Assembly: GCA_039800325.1 (NCBI GenBank)
Contig: JBDLQY010000157.1
Span: 11,944 to 75,943, forward strand
Source of the DNA: Pseudomonadota bacterium
GTDB taxonomy: Bacteria > Pseudomonadota > Gammaproteobacteria > Burkholderiales > Burkholderiaceae_E
DNA length: 64,000 nucleotides
Reading direction: 5' to 3'
Part shown: positions 30,461 through 39,888 of the stretch, in pieces
Layout of the letters: the number at the start of each line of letters is the position of its first letter
Numbering within the stretch: the stretch's first letter is position 1
The notes under the pieces: generated by a model
What the model saw: only the letters and a program-made list of their open reading frames with translations
Told to the model about the DNA's origin: nothing
The model's database searches: none
Made by a program: the position numbers and the translations under genes

Positions 30461-33100
30461 TTAGTGCGCTTGTTCCGCGTCAAGCACTCTGAGCAGCCAG
30501 GGATACAACTTGTTGGCATCGACCGGCTTGCCAAGAAACTCGCTCATGCCCGCCGCCAGGCAAGCCTCGCGGGTTTCGGTGAACACATCGGCTGTCAGCG
30601 CCGCAACCGGGACTTGCTGCCAGCCCGGCAACTGGCGAGTCGCCCGCGTCGCCTCGATACCGTCCATCTGCGGCATCTGCAGGTCCATCAGCACCGCGGC
30701 GTAGTGCCCTGCCCGGGCCATCTGAAGCGCCTGCTCGCCATCGCCGGCGATCGCAACCTCAAGCCCGGCTCGCTCCAGCATCAGCCGCATCAAGGCCTGG
30801 TTGATCATGTCGTCCTCGGCCACCAGGATCGGCTTACCGGCGTGGCGTGCACTCAGCGCCTGGACCGCAAGCTCGCCCGGGGATTCTTCCGCTGCCTGCG
30901 GGGTCAGCGGCTGCGCGGTCGGCGCTTGCGCAGACGGCAGATGTTCAAGCTCCAGCGGCACCCAAAACCAGAAGCAACTACCTTGCCCCAGGGTGCTGTG
31001 CACGCCCACCTCACCACCCATCAACTCGACGATCCGCCGGGTGATGTCCAGCCCAAGGCCGGTGCCGCGCTTGTCCGCCCGCAACTGGGCGAAGGGCTGG
31101 AGCAGCTCGCCCAGCCTGTCCGGCGCAATACCCGCTCCGGTATCGTGCACCTCAAAGCGCAGATGTGAGCTGCCCCCTGTCGCCGGACCGTCAGCCAGCG
31201 CCCGCACCTGCAGCCGCACCTGGCCGCGCTCGGTGAACTTGACCGCGTTGGACAGGTAGTTGAGCAGCGCCTGCTTGATCAAGCCCTCATCACCAACCAG
31301 CTGCTGCGGTAGATGCCTGGTGTCATCGCAAACCAGCTCGATGCCACTTGCCTGCGCAGCCGGTCGCACCACGTCCAGCGCGCTGTCCAGCAAGGCGCCT
31401 AGCGTAAACGGGGCTGGCGTCACGCTCTGCTGCCCGGCCTCGATGCGCGCCAGATCAAGCACATCGCTGATCAGGCCCAGCAGCTGTTGCGAGCTCGCCG
31501 TGATCTGCTCGAGATATGCGCTCTGGCGTGTGTCCAGTCCGGTTTTCCCCAGCAGGTAGCCGTAGCCGGTCAGCGCGTTCAGCGGCGTGCGCAGCTCATG
31601 GCTGACCTTGGCCAAAAACTGGCTCTTGGCCTCGTTGGCAAACCGGGCCTGCTCGCGCTGCTGTTCGGCCAGCTTGCGGTCGGTGATGTCGCGATTCACC
31701 GTCAGTATCTTGTCGACCTGGCCGTCTGGCCCCAGTATCGCGCGCCCGCTTGCCTCGACCCAGCGCATTTCACCGCTCGGCAAGACCCAGCGGGCATCGT
31801 ACCGCGTTTGCCGGCCAGTTGCGACCATATCGCCCCACAGCTCGCACAGGCGTTCGCGATCGTCCGGATGAATCAGGGTCGTTTCCGGGTCCGCCATCAC
31901 ACGATCGATCATGTGATCCTCGTGACGGAGCCGAAGCAGCGATAGGCTGTCAAACACCAGTGTGCCGTCGGCATTCCACAACTGCACGAATTCAGTCTGG
32001 TTTTCAGTGATCAGACGGTACTTCGCCTCGCTCTCGGCCAGTGCCCGTTCGGCCAGCATTTGCGGTGTGACGTCGATCACGAAGCGCACCTTGCCCACAA
32101 CATCGCCTTGTACATTACGGACCGGCTCGGTATGACCAGCCGTCCAAAAGGTGCTGCCATCGGCATGCCGGACCGCACGGATCGCAGTTTCCCGAGAGGC
32201 CTCTCCCCTGCTTATCGCTTCCAGGGTTTCTCTCATCGCCGCGTGGTGTTCGGGGTCAGCAAAATCCAGCAGGCTGCGCCCCAGCACTTGCTCCCGTGTG
32301 TAACCGCTCATCGCACAAATTGCGGGATTGACGTCCTGGATAATCCCTTGCAGGTCAGATTTCACCACACCGATCAGGCTTTTCCCGAGCAGCGCACCGA
32401 GTTGCTGATCCGCCTCGTTTCGGGCTGCAGCGATCGCAGCCTGCTTGTCCTTCTCCTCGCGCGCCAGTTGCTCGGTGATGTCGCGATGAGTGATCAGCAC
32501 GCCATCCACATCACCGTTTGACAAACGGAGCGGTACCGCAATCGCATCCGACGTGATAACGCGCCCATCATGGCCGAGCAGCTTGACCCGGTCGCGTGCG
32601 ACTCCCCCGGTGCGGACTACGTCCATCAGTTGCCGGCGGATCCGGTCACGGTCGTCTGGATGAATCAGATTCCCAATCGGCTCACCCAGGTCGGACTTGT
32701 CCGCAAACGCAAGCGCCGCAGCATTTCGAAAGACAATCACGCCGTGCCGGTCAAGAATCGTGATCAGATCTAGAGATGACTCACTGATTGCCTTGAACCG
32801 GCTTTCATTTCGAAGCGCGGCCAGCGCCTGTTTTTGCTCGTCGCGTTCACGCTCCAGCAAAACCTTGTCGTGAACATCGAAATGGGTCACCAACACCAAC
32901 CCGGTATCACCCGAGCTATCCCGCAGCTCCTTGGCGCGGGCGAAAAACCAGCGGTAGCTGCCATCGGCTTGCTTGAGCCTGACCGTGACTTCGTGGCTGT
33001 CGCGCTGACTATTTCTCAGCTTATGCAACGCGTCAAATGCAATTTGACGGTCGTCCGGATGCAACAAGACGCCGGGCGTCGACTCATCCGCGCCCGGCAC
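30461..33100 (-). CDS. Multi-PAS hybrid sensor histidine kinase/response regulator; the N-terminal PAS is interrupted by an in-frame TAA, see findings
   Basis: 879 aa from GTG at 33100. It has several PAS repeats (HPDD.., ITDRK.., ITEQL..), HisKA (FLAKVSHELRTPLN), HATPase (HDTGAGI, GTGLGL) and a REC domain (ILVAEDDMINQ...DLQMPQMDG). Confidence 0.85.
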   Translation of the reverse strand: MPGADESTPGVLLHPDDRQIAFDALHKLRNSQRDSHEVTVRLKQADGSYRWFFARAKELRDSSGDTGLVLVTHFDVHDKVLLERERDEQKQALAALRNESRFKAISESSLDLITILDRHGVIVFRNAAALAFADKSDLGEPIGNLIHPDDRDRIRRQLMDVVRTGGVARDRVKLLGHDGRVITSDAIAVPLRLSNGDVDGVLITHRDITEQLAREEKDKQAAIAAARNEADQQLGALLGKSLIGVVKSDLQGIIQDVNPAICAMSGYTREQVLGRSLLDFADPEHHAAMRETLEAISRGEASRETAIRAVRHADGSTFWTAGHTEPVRNVQGDVVGKVRFVIDVTPQMLAERALAESEAKYRLITENQTEFVQLWNADGTLVFDSLSLLRLRHEDHMIDRVMADPETTLIHPDDRERLCELWGDMVATGRQTRYDARWVLPSGEMRWVEASGRAILGPDGQVDKILTVNRDITDRKLAEQQREQARFANEAKSQFLAKVSHELRTPLNALTGYGYLLGKTGLDTRQSAYLEQITASSQQLLGLISDVLDLARIEAGQQSVTPAPFTLGALLDSALDVVRPAAQASGIELVCDDTRHLPQQLVGDEGLIKQALLNYLSNAVKFTERGQVRLQVRALADGPATGGSSHLRFEVHDTGAGIAPDRLGELLQPFAQLRADKRGTGLGLDITRRIVELMGGEVGVHSTLGQGSCFWFWVPLELEHLPSAQAPTAQPLTPQAAEESPGELAVQALSARHAGKPILVAEDDMINQALMRLMLERAGLEVAIAGDGEQALQMARAGHYAAVLMDLQMPQMDGIEATRATRQLPGWQQVPVAALTADVFTETREACLAAGMSEFLGKPVDANKLYPWLLRVLDAEQAH

Positions 33101-33423
33101 GGCACGCCTGGCTTGCCGCGACGCCTCGTTCAGAAAGACGATCTGCCCGGATGAATCGAGGACCTGGACGTGTTAGAGCTGATTGTGCGCGATCAACTCG
33201 AGCAGTTGTCGCAGATGCTGATTGTCTTTTGGCGTCATGGTTGGCGGATGAAACATCGCATCACCGCGAAATTACCTGACTTTCCAGTCACGGTCTTCAG
33301 TCGCATTAGACGCCTCCGGCAACCCGATTTGTATCGGGAGTGCAAATTGTCGGATCAATCGCTGGTCATTGGGGCGCTGTCTGGCTTGGATTCAGCTCCC
33401 GGTGGCAAGGTCGGGTGCTGGGG

Positions 33424-33493
33424 CAGACTCTTCTCGCAAATCCGCTGATTGCGCAAGGCAACGGTGGGTTTCGTTTTTTCTGCGCTGAGTAGC
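33424..33493 (+). repeat. Copy C of the tRNA-terminator element
   Basis: cagactcttctcgcaaatccgctgattgcgcaaggcaacggtgggtttcgttttttctgcgctgagtagc. The three substitutions in the left arm all retain pairing as G-U on the plus-strand RNA. Confidence 0.8.
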
Positions 33494-33541
33494 CGGGTTA
33501 GCGACTCGCACAGCTCAGTGGTGCTTCTCGCGCATGAAAGT

Positions 33542-33832
33542 CTATGCAGCAGCCAAGGGCTCCACGCCCAGCTCGGCACGCCGCCCCTGCAGCATCCACA
33601 AATCATACGCAGCCTGATGTCCCAGCCAGCTGGCAGCACTTTTGCCAAACGCCAACTCCAAACGCAATGCCATTTCCGGTGACACGGCCGCCTTGCCATT
33701 GACAATTTCAGACAGAGTCTTTCGCGACACATGCAGCTTCTTCGCAACTGCCGTGATGCTCATCCCCATCGGCTCAATCCACAACTCAGACAAAATCTCA
33801 CCGGGATGCGGTGGGTTGTACATGGTCGCCAT
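33542..33832 (-). CDS. higA: HigA family antitoxin (HTH-XRE)
   Basis: [58 protein letters not shown]. Confidence 0.85.
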   Translation of the reverse strand: MATMYNPPHPGEILSELWIEPMGMSITAVAKKLHVSRKTLSEIVNGKAAVSPEMALRLELAFGKSAASWLGHQAAYDLWMLQGRRAELGVEPLAAA

Positions 33833-33846
33833 CTTGCACGCTCCTT

Positions 33847-34125
33847 TCAGTGGTAATCCCAATAATTCACTATTTGGGCATCACCGTTTTCAAACCGGAA
33901 TGTGACCCGCCAGTTGGCTTGCACAGTCACCGCCCACAGCCCCTCCAACTCACCTTTAAGTTGGTGCAGACGCAAGGCCGGAGCCGCCATGTCTTCAATA
34001 CTCCTGGCTTGATCCAACAGGGCCAGGATCAGACGCAAACGCTTTGCATGTTTAGCCTGCACGCCAGCAAGGCTGCCTTGCAGGAAGAACTTTTCCAGTC
34101 CTTTGTGAGCGAACGATTTGATCAC
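33847..34125 (-). CDS. higB: HigB-type (RelE/ParE superfamily) toxin, plasmid-maintenance killer protein
   Basis: [14 protein letters not shown]...[41 protein letters not shown]. Confidence 0.85.
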   Translation of the reverse strand: MIKSFAHKGLEKFFLQGSLAGVQAKHAKRLRLILALLDQARSIEDMAAPALRLHQLKGELEGLWAVTVQANWRVTFRFENGDAQIVNYWDYH

Positions 34126-34214
34126 TCGTTGATCGTAACCCGTTGGGTTACATGTTGCAAGGATTTTTGACGACCCAATCCGTTCGGTCAGATGCTCAAG
34201 AAAGGCTGCGCAAA

Positions 34215-34560
<346 letters not shown>

Positions 34561-34642
34561 TGCTGGCCAGCGTGGGCCAGGACGGGCGGCCAGGTTTGCT
34601 ACAGGGCCAAGTAGCCTCTTCTCCAGAGGTCTGTGCTTAACT

Positions 34643-34996
34643 TCAATCGTGGACCACAAGACCGATTGTGCTGAGCTCTACGAAACGTGAATTGCCCAGC
34701 GCTGCATGGATTGAGGCCCAGTGTCGATCGATCAAGGATTCGAGCGCGTCATTACGGATGTTTCCGGTCGTAATCAACCAAAGCCTCGCCGGTACGCCGT
34801 TCAGAATGTAGGACTGAACGAAATCATCGTCCTTCGTCACAATAAACCTGCCTTCCAGGTCAGCGTGAGCAATCAGCGCTTGGTCCGTCGATGCGTTTCC
34901 CGAGGGCAGGTCAAAGGTATGAATTGCGTCGAGCCCGCGATCGTTCAGCCATCGCGCCAAACGCCGCGGTAACTGCGCATCGATCAGGAACTTCAC
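34643..34996 (-). CDS. DUF5615-type PIN-like putative toxin
   Basis: MKFLIDAQLPRRLARWLNDRGLDAIH...FIVTKDDDF. It has a 4-nt overlap with the DUF433 gene. Confidence 0.75.
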   Translation of the reverse strand: MKFLIDAQLPRRLARWLNDRGLDAIHTFDLPSGNASTDQALIAHADLEGRFIVTKDDDFVQSYILNGVPARLWLITTGNIRNDALESLIDRHWASIHAALGNSRFVELSTIGLVVHD

Positions 34997-35217
34997 GCTG
35001 CAAGGGGCTCGATGTGTCGTATGCGCGATAAGCGCGCCGCGAATGCCAAGACCGCATGAATGTCAGCCAGCTCAAGGTCAGGGTAATCGTCAATGATCTC
35101 CTGCGGCGTCATGCCTGCGGCCAACCACTGCAGCACCACCTCGACCGGATAGCGCAGACCGCGCACGCAGGGTTTGCCGTGGCAGACATTGGGATCGATA
35201 GTGATTCGTTCAATCAT
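34993..35217 (-). CDS. DUF433-type putative antitoxin
   Basis: ATG at 35217 gives MIERITIDPNVCHGKPCVRGLRYPVEVVLQWLAAGMTPQEIIDDYPDLELADIHAVLAF. Confidence 0.75.
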   Translation of the reverse strand: MIERITIDPNVCHGKPCVRGLRYPVEVVLQWLAAGMTPQEIIDDYPDLELADIHAVLAFAARLSRIRHIEPLAA

Positions 35218-35392
35218 GACGGTTCCAGGCGGAGGACTGTTTCCTGAGCTTAGGCAATTCGCTGGCATCCCGCAAGGTGTCACCGACCGGTCTAATGGAG
35301 CCACCCGTGATCGGATCTAATGGAGCCAGTTCAGGGCTGCGATCCGGGCATTTCGGCAGGCGTATTTTGCCCTGTTTCGGTTGAAATCCGAA

Positions 35393-36208
35393 TCACGGTT
35401 TTTGCCGTTTTCCGGGCCCCGGTTTTGACGCTGTGGGCAGCGCGGAGGGCGCTGCGGTTTCTGGGTCGGTTTGCTGGCCGCGCGGGCTTCTCTGACTGCG
35501 CCCCTCGAGCGCGATGCAGTAAGCGCCGTGCAGGAGTCGGTCGACGGTTGCAGCACCCAATATCTTGTTGTTCGTGAACGCCTCCTGCCATTCATCGGCC
35601 GCAAGGTTGCTAGTGATCACGGTGGGCAACTTCTCGTAGCGGGCGGCCACGATCTCGTGCAAATCGTCGTCGTGAGGCGAGGCGATCGGCTTGAGCGCAA
35701 AGTCATCGATGATCAGCAGCGTCACCTTGGCCAGCATCTTCATCCGCCGCTCGTAGACGCCCGATAGGCGGGCGCGGTTGAGCGCGCCAAACAGCTGCGA
35801 CCGCGTGGCGAAGTGCACCTCGTGGCCGAGCCTGACTGCCTGGTGCCCGATTGCCTGCGCGAGATGGCTCTTGCCCGTACCGACCGGGCCGACGATGTGT
35901 ACCGGCGCAGCCTCGCCGATGAAGCGGCAGGTGAGGAGGTCGTTGACGCTGGCACGACTGACCCCGGGCGTGCGCTCGAAGTCGAATTGCTCGATCGTCT
36001 TGGCACTGTGAAAGGCGGCACGCCGCAGGCGCACCGAGAGTCGCTGCTGTTCGCGCCGCGCAATCTCATCGCCCAGCAGCAACGTGAGAAAGTCGATCGG
36101 TGCCATATGCTCCTGCAGAGCCTGGCGATTGCGAACCTCCAAGCTGTCGAGCATGCCGGATAGCCGCAGCGTGCGCAGCATCGAACCGAGTTCGGGAAAC
36201 GAATTCAT
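35393..36208 (-). CDS. istB: IS21-like helper ATPase IstB
   Basis: 271 aa with Walker A GPVGTGKSHLA and Walker B LLIIDDF. Confidence 0.9.
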   Translation of the reverse strand: MNSFPELGSMLRTLRLSGMLDSLEVRNRQALQEHMAPIDFLTLLLGDEIARREQQRLSVRLRRAAFHSAKTIEQFDFERTPGVSRASVNDLLTCRFIGEAAPVHIVGPVGTGKSHLAQAIGHQAVRLGHEVHFATRSQLFGALNRARLSGVYERRMKMLAKVTLLIIDDFALKPIASPHDDDLHEIVAARYEKLPTVITSNLAADEWQEAFTNNKILGAATVDRLLHGAYCIALEGRSQRSPRGQQTDPETAAPSALPTASKPGPGKRQKP

Positions 36209-36220
36209 CGTGTGCGCTCC

Positions 36221-37783
36221 TCAGTGAAGGGTCGAGCCGGACGCAGACTGCTTGCCGCGGTAATAGCGCGCTTTACCCTGGTAGACCGGACTCGTAGTCG
36301 GCGGCGGCGGGGGCGGCACCTGATCGAGCCCCTTCTCGAGCATCACGCGAACGGTCCGCGAGGAAACCGTATCGACGTCGCCCATCCGCGCGCACGCGGC
36401 TTCCAGCCGCTCCTTGCCGAACCGCTCAGCCAACCGCAGTAACGACTGCACCCCGCGCAACCGATCCAGCACCCGATCGCCGAACATTCGGTTTACCAAC
36501 GCCGCGCACGCTGGCCCGATTGCCTGGGCACGTTCCAAACAGTACTGGGGGTGGTGCATCTTCCAGGCCAGGGCCGATGGCGGCAGATGATCGTCAATGG
36601 TGAAACGTTGGCCGCGACGCTGGCCTCGCGGGTGTACGGCTACTGTCTCGTGAGCGTCGTTGAGGATCATCACCTGCTGGGAGGTGGCGCGCAGCGTCGT
36701 GACCGTTCCGATCAGCCGGTACGGCACGGAGTACAGGCAGTAGTCGAACTGGACATGGGTGTCGCGGTGAACCTTCAGACGCGCCCAGGAACATACCTCG
36801 GGGGTGCGTGGCGGTAACGCCTTCAGGCTCGCGCGCTCGAGCTCGAACAGCACCAGTGGCTGCTGGCGGGTGGTGCCGTGCGTGCGTCGCCCGGCGACAG
36901 TCATCACCCAATCCAGAGCCTGCCGGTTGAGGTCTTCCAGGTTGCGGAAGGTGCGCAGTGGCAGGAAGTTGCGCTTGACGTACTTCACCCCCGACTCGAC
37001 AATCCCCTTCTTGGCCGCATCAGCTGGCGGGCATGGACTGACAATGAAGCCGTACCCCTGTGCGCACTCGGCGTAGGCGCGATGCACCTCGGGATCATCG
37101 ATGACGGCGCGCGTGATCGCGCACTTGGGGTTGTCGATGATGATCTTGGACGGCACGCCGCCGAAGTGGCGTAGCGCGCGATGATGGCACCGCTGCCAGG
37201 TCTCGGCGCTTTGGTCGAAGACAAATTCAACGTATTGATGCCTTGAAAAGCACAGCGTCATCACGAACAACCAGGTGCGGGTCTCGGTGCCACTGTCTGA
37301 GTCGACCAGCATCGGCCCCGCGCCGAAGTCCACTTGAGCAGCCTCGCCCGGTGCGAAGTCGAGGATCATCGTCGGCTCGACACGCAAGCCCTTGAGCTTG
37401 TCGAGGAACCGGCGAACGGAGCTGTAGTGCCCGGTGAACCCGTACTCGCGCACCAGCGCGGCGTAGATCGCTGCACCCTGAACGCCCTGCTCAAACCACT
37501 GCCTGATCCGCTCGGCAAACGGCTCGACGCTGGAGCGGCGCACCAACCCTACGCCAGCCGCTCCTACCCCCTTGCTGCAAGCCAGCGCCGCTACGATCTG
37601 CGCAGCCGAAGGCAATTGCGATTCCTCAGCAAGCCACCCCTGACGGGCCGCCAGCGCTCTGAGTTCGCCCACCTTGCGGCGCCCCAGGATGCTATCGCGG
37701 CTGATTGCTCGGTCGGTCTGACCTAGGCGCATCCGATACAGCGCCTCTTGATACTCGTGCATCTCGATTCTCCGGTTTGCCAT
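36221..37783 (-). CDS. istA: IS21 family transposase IstA
   Basis: 520 aa with an N-terminal HTH and DDE-type core (AQVDFG..., IIDNPK...), typical of IstA. Confidence 0.9.
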   Translation of the reverse strand: MANRRIEMHEYQEALYRMRLGQTDRAISRDSILGRRKVGELRALAARQGWLAEESQLPSAAQIVAALACSKGVGAAGVGLVRRSSVEPFAERIRQWFEQGVQGAAIYAALVREYGFTGHYSSVRRFLDKLKGLRVEPTMILDFAPGEAAQVDFGAGPMLVDSDSGTETRTWLFVMTLCFSRHQYVEFVFDQSAETWQRCHHRALRHFGGVPSKIIIDNPKCAITRAVIDDPEVHRAYAECAQGYGFIVSPCPPADAAKKGIVESGVKYVKRNFLPLRTFRNLEDLNRQALDWVMTVAGRRTHGTTRQQPLVLFELERASLKALPPRTPEVCSWARLKVHRDTHVQFDYCLYSVPYRLIGTVTTLRATSQQVMILNDAHETVAVHPRGQRRGQRFTIDDHLPPSALAWKMHHPQYCLERAQAIGPACAALVNRMFGDRVLDRLRGVQSLLRLAERFGKERLEAACARMGDVDTVSSRTVRVMLEKGLDQVPPPPPPTTSPVYQGKARYYRGKQSASGSTLH

Positions 37784-38107
37784 CTGCCGCCCTCCTCAAA
37801 GTGGGCGGCGAGTATGGCCAGTTAAGGAAAACCGAAATGCCCAAGCGCTCCCCTGTCGCTGGCTCCATTAGGCGATCACGCGGTGGCGCCATTAACCGAT
37901 CACGGACTGGCTCCTTTGCACCGATCACCAACTGGCTCCATTAAGCGATCACGGACTGGCTCCAATCATCCGATCACGAAGTGGCTCCAATGTGGCGGTC
38001 AATGACACCAGCGAAGGCTGCCGCGGGCGGCCAGGTTTGCTACACCTGATCCCTTCGCCTGCTTCGCCAATGCACCTGTACGTTTGGCGACGGAGGGCAT
38101 CAGGCAT

Positions 38108-38416
38108 TCATTTACTGACGGATTCCTCCTGGGCTATCTGCTCTCGTAACTTCTCGGTCAGCCAAATTTTCATCAGCGACTGGTAGGGCACATCCATTTT
38201 GTTCGCCTGTTGGCGAATTCCGTCTAGCAAGCTGTCCGCCAGCCTCAGCGAGATGCTTGTGGTCGATGGTTTGAGGTTCTTGAACGTAGCGACCACCATT
38301 TTGGACGGGTCAAAGTATTGAGTCGCGTCATTGTCTTTCGACTCCCAGAATTCACGCTCTTTGGCTTCGGAGCGAAACTTCGGTATTGGTTTCACGTTAC
38401 GTGCGGACTTGGTCAT
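38108..38416 (-). CDS. brnA: BrnA family antitoxin (CopG/RHH-like)
   Basis: ...EAKEREFWESKD...ISLRLADSLLDGIRQQANKMDVPYQSLMKIWLTEKL. It overlaps the brnT 3' end by 20 nt. Confidence 0.8.
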   Translation of the reverse strand: MTKSARNVKPIPKFRSEAKEREFWESKDNDATQYFDPSKMVVATFKNLKPSTTSISLRLADSLLDGIRQQANKMDVPYQSLMKIWLTEKLREQIAQEESVSK

Positions 38417-38702
38417 AGATCAGCCTCTCCTTGCGATGTTGAGCGCGCGCCGAAATCACCCGGATCAATGTTTCTTCTTGGCGGAGCGTAAAGACGACGG
38501 CGAGCTCGCGCCCCTGGTTGGTTTTGCCTAGCGCCAGATAGCGAGCCTCATTCTGACTGTGGGCGCTGTCCATGCTGATCAGCAAGGGTTGGTTAAAGAA
38601 GACCTCCTCTGCCTCGACCTGACTCACCCCGTGCTTGACCTCGCTCTTGCGTCTGTTGCCCGGATCCCATTCGAACCCAAGGATGCGATCAAAGTTAATC
38701 AT
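38397..38702 (-). CDS. brnT: BrnT family toxin
   Basis: GFEWDPGNRRKSEVKHGVSQVEAEEVFFN...IRVISARAQHRKERLIY. Confidence 0.8.
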   Translation of the reverse strand: MINFDRILGFEWDPGNRRKSEVKHGVSQVEAEEVFFNQPLLISMDSAHSQNEARYLALGKTNQGRELAVVFTLRQEETLIRVISARAQHRKERLIYDQVRT

Positions 38703-38838
38703 TGATGTATATTATGAAAATATACAAAAAAGCGCAATGTTAGATGCTGGCGCTCGGTAAAAATTTCTGCGCTTTCGCAAGGGGTTGGCGAAGAAGAGGG
38801 TGGCTGTAATAATTTATCTTCGGGAGGCAGTGAACACG

Positions 38839-39096
38839 ATGTACGACGAAAGTGACTTGATCTTGTCTCCACTACAGCAGACGTATCGCGCTGACGGTAA
38901 GAGCGTAAGAATCCAGATCTATCGGATGCCCGATACCGACTGGACGCTGGAGGTCGTCGACGAGTACAACAATTCGACAGTCTGGGATGACCTCTTTGTA
39001 TCAGACGCAGAAGCGCTGAGGGTGGCGCTGGAAGAGCTCGAAACCGACGGAATAGAGGCCTACATCGGCCTAGCTCCTGGGGAGCGCAGCCACTGA
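38839..39096 (+). CDS. Hypothetical small acidic protein
   Basis: ATG at 38839 with GGGAGG 11 nt upstream. 85 aa, MYDESDLILSPLQQTYRADGKSVRIQIYRMPDTDWTLEVVDEYNN...; no recognisable domain. Confidence 0.4.
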   Translation: MYDESDLILSPLQQTYRADGKSVRIQIYRMPDTDWTLEVVDEYNNSTVWDDLFVSDAEALRVALEELETDGIEAYIGLAPGERSH

Positions 39097-39140
39097 ATCG
39101 AGGCGCGTTTGCGCAGGCGGTTCGGTCAGACGGCCGAGGG

Positions 39141-39195
39141 TGGAGCGCTACGTTCGGGACGTAGAGGCTGGAGCATCGAACGCTCACCCCGACCA
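39141..39195 (+). repeat. Third, degenerate 3'-half copy of tRNA-Pro(CGG)
   Basis: gagcgctacgttcgggacgtagaggc is identical to the tRNA anticodon arm region. This is followed by a mutated T-arm (tggagcatcgaacgct) and the acceptor 3' strand caccccgacca. Confidence 0.8.
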
Positions 39196-39463
39196 ACAAT
39201 TCATCGATGGTCAGTCATTGATGCCCCGCAGGATCGTTCGGCTCGCGGGGCTTTGTTTTTCGGGGGGCTTCCTTCGGCTGTGGACGGGGTGTGCCAACTC
39301 TGGTTCCATTAAGCGTCCTTTGCTTTGAACGCTGCTGTAGCAAGGTCTGCGGTTCGCTACTCTGATTGGCAGGTATATGGGCTGGGGAGTGGTGTCAGCG
39401 TCAATTTTCTTTACGCTTGGGCCGTGGCTGATTGACAGCTTGGGGCTGGACCGTTTTTGAGCC
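39196..39463 (+). repeat. ~270-nt non-coding repeat R (copy 2) following tRNA copy 3
   Basis: Collinear with 34292-34560, including the hairpin gccccgcaggatcgttcggctcgcggggc plus T-tract. Scattered substitutions and one diverged ~15-nt patch. Confidence 0.85.
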
Positions 39464-39492
39464 GTTGACGTTAATTTGGAGGACTACCACTG

Positions 39493-39813
39493 ATGAAGTC
39501 GCTAAGAAATCCTGATCGCAAGCCCACGCACCCAGGCGCGGTGTTGCGCGAGGATGTATTGCCTGATCTTGGTTGGACTCAGATCGAGCTGGCCAATCGC
39601 CTCATGGTCAGCCGACAAACTGTCTCCCAGTTACTGCACGAAGAGAAGGCAGTTACTGCGGAAATGGCCATACGCATTTCTAGCGCTGTAGGGGGCACAC
39701 CTGAGAGCTGGCTCAACATGCAGCAGGCTGTAGACCTGTGGGACGCTGGCATTAAATTCAAAAACAATCCGGCTTTAGCGCCCTTGTTCCGCCGAGCCTC
39801 GTTAGCGACCTGA
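39493..39813 (+). CDS. HigA-family antitoxin (HTH-XRE), no cognate toxin gene adjacent
   Basis: MKSLRNPDRKPTHPGAVLREDVLPDLGWTQIELANRLMVSRQTVSQLLHEEKAVTAEMAIRIS. No higB-like ORF lies upstream (39464-39492 is too short). Confidence 0.8.
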   Translation: MKSLRNPDRKPTHPGAVLREDVLPDLGWTQIELANRLMVSRQTVSQLLHEEKAVTAEMAIRISSAVGGTPESWLNMQQAVDLWDAGIKFKNNPALAPLFRRASLAT

Positions 39814-39888
39814 ACAACAAGTTTGGGCTCTCTGCGAAAAGCGCTCTGCAATATCGCGCTCGGCACCAGGATGTAGAAAAAACGTCAC
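39802..39888 (-). pseudogene. Truncated RelE/ParE-family toxin remnant (28 codons)
   Basis: GTG overlaps the antitoxin stop (GTGA). My translation is VTFFLHPGAERDIAERFSQRAQTCCSGR*. FxxHPxAExxxxE resembles RelE/ParE N-termini, and the frame then ends inside the convergent higA 3' end. Confidence 0.35.

Larger units (their letters stand above)
35278..38007 (-). mobile_element. IS21-family insertion sequence (istA-istB) with multiply repeated termini
   Basis: Terminal inverted repeats are TGTCACCGACCGGTCTAATGGAGCCA (left) and the reverse complement of TGGCTCCAATGTGGCGGTCAATGACA (right). There are two ~24-nt subterminal repeats on the left and six on the right (37860-38007). Confidence 0.85.

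Noticed and set aside
30392-31168. 258-aa plus-strand ORF, plus several others up to 33154
   Set aside because: All lie antisense within the PAS/HisKA/HATPase/REC kinase gene.
37860-38007. Six ~24-nt direct repeats that could be mistaken for a mini CRISPR array
   Set aside because: The repeats are contiguous with no spacers and lie inside the IS21 right end. They also match the inverted copies at the left end, so they are transposase-binding iterons.
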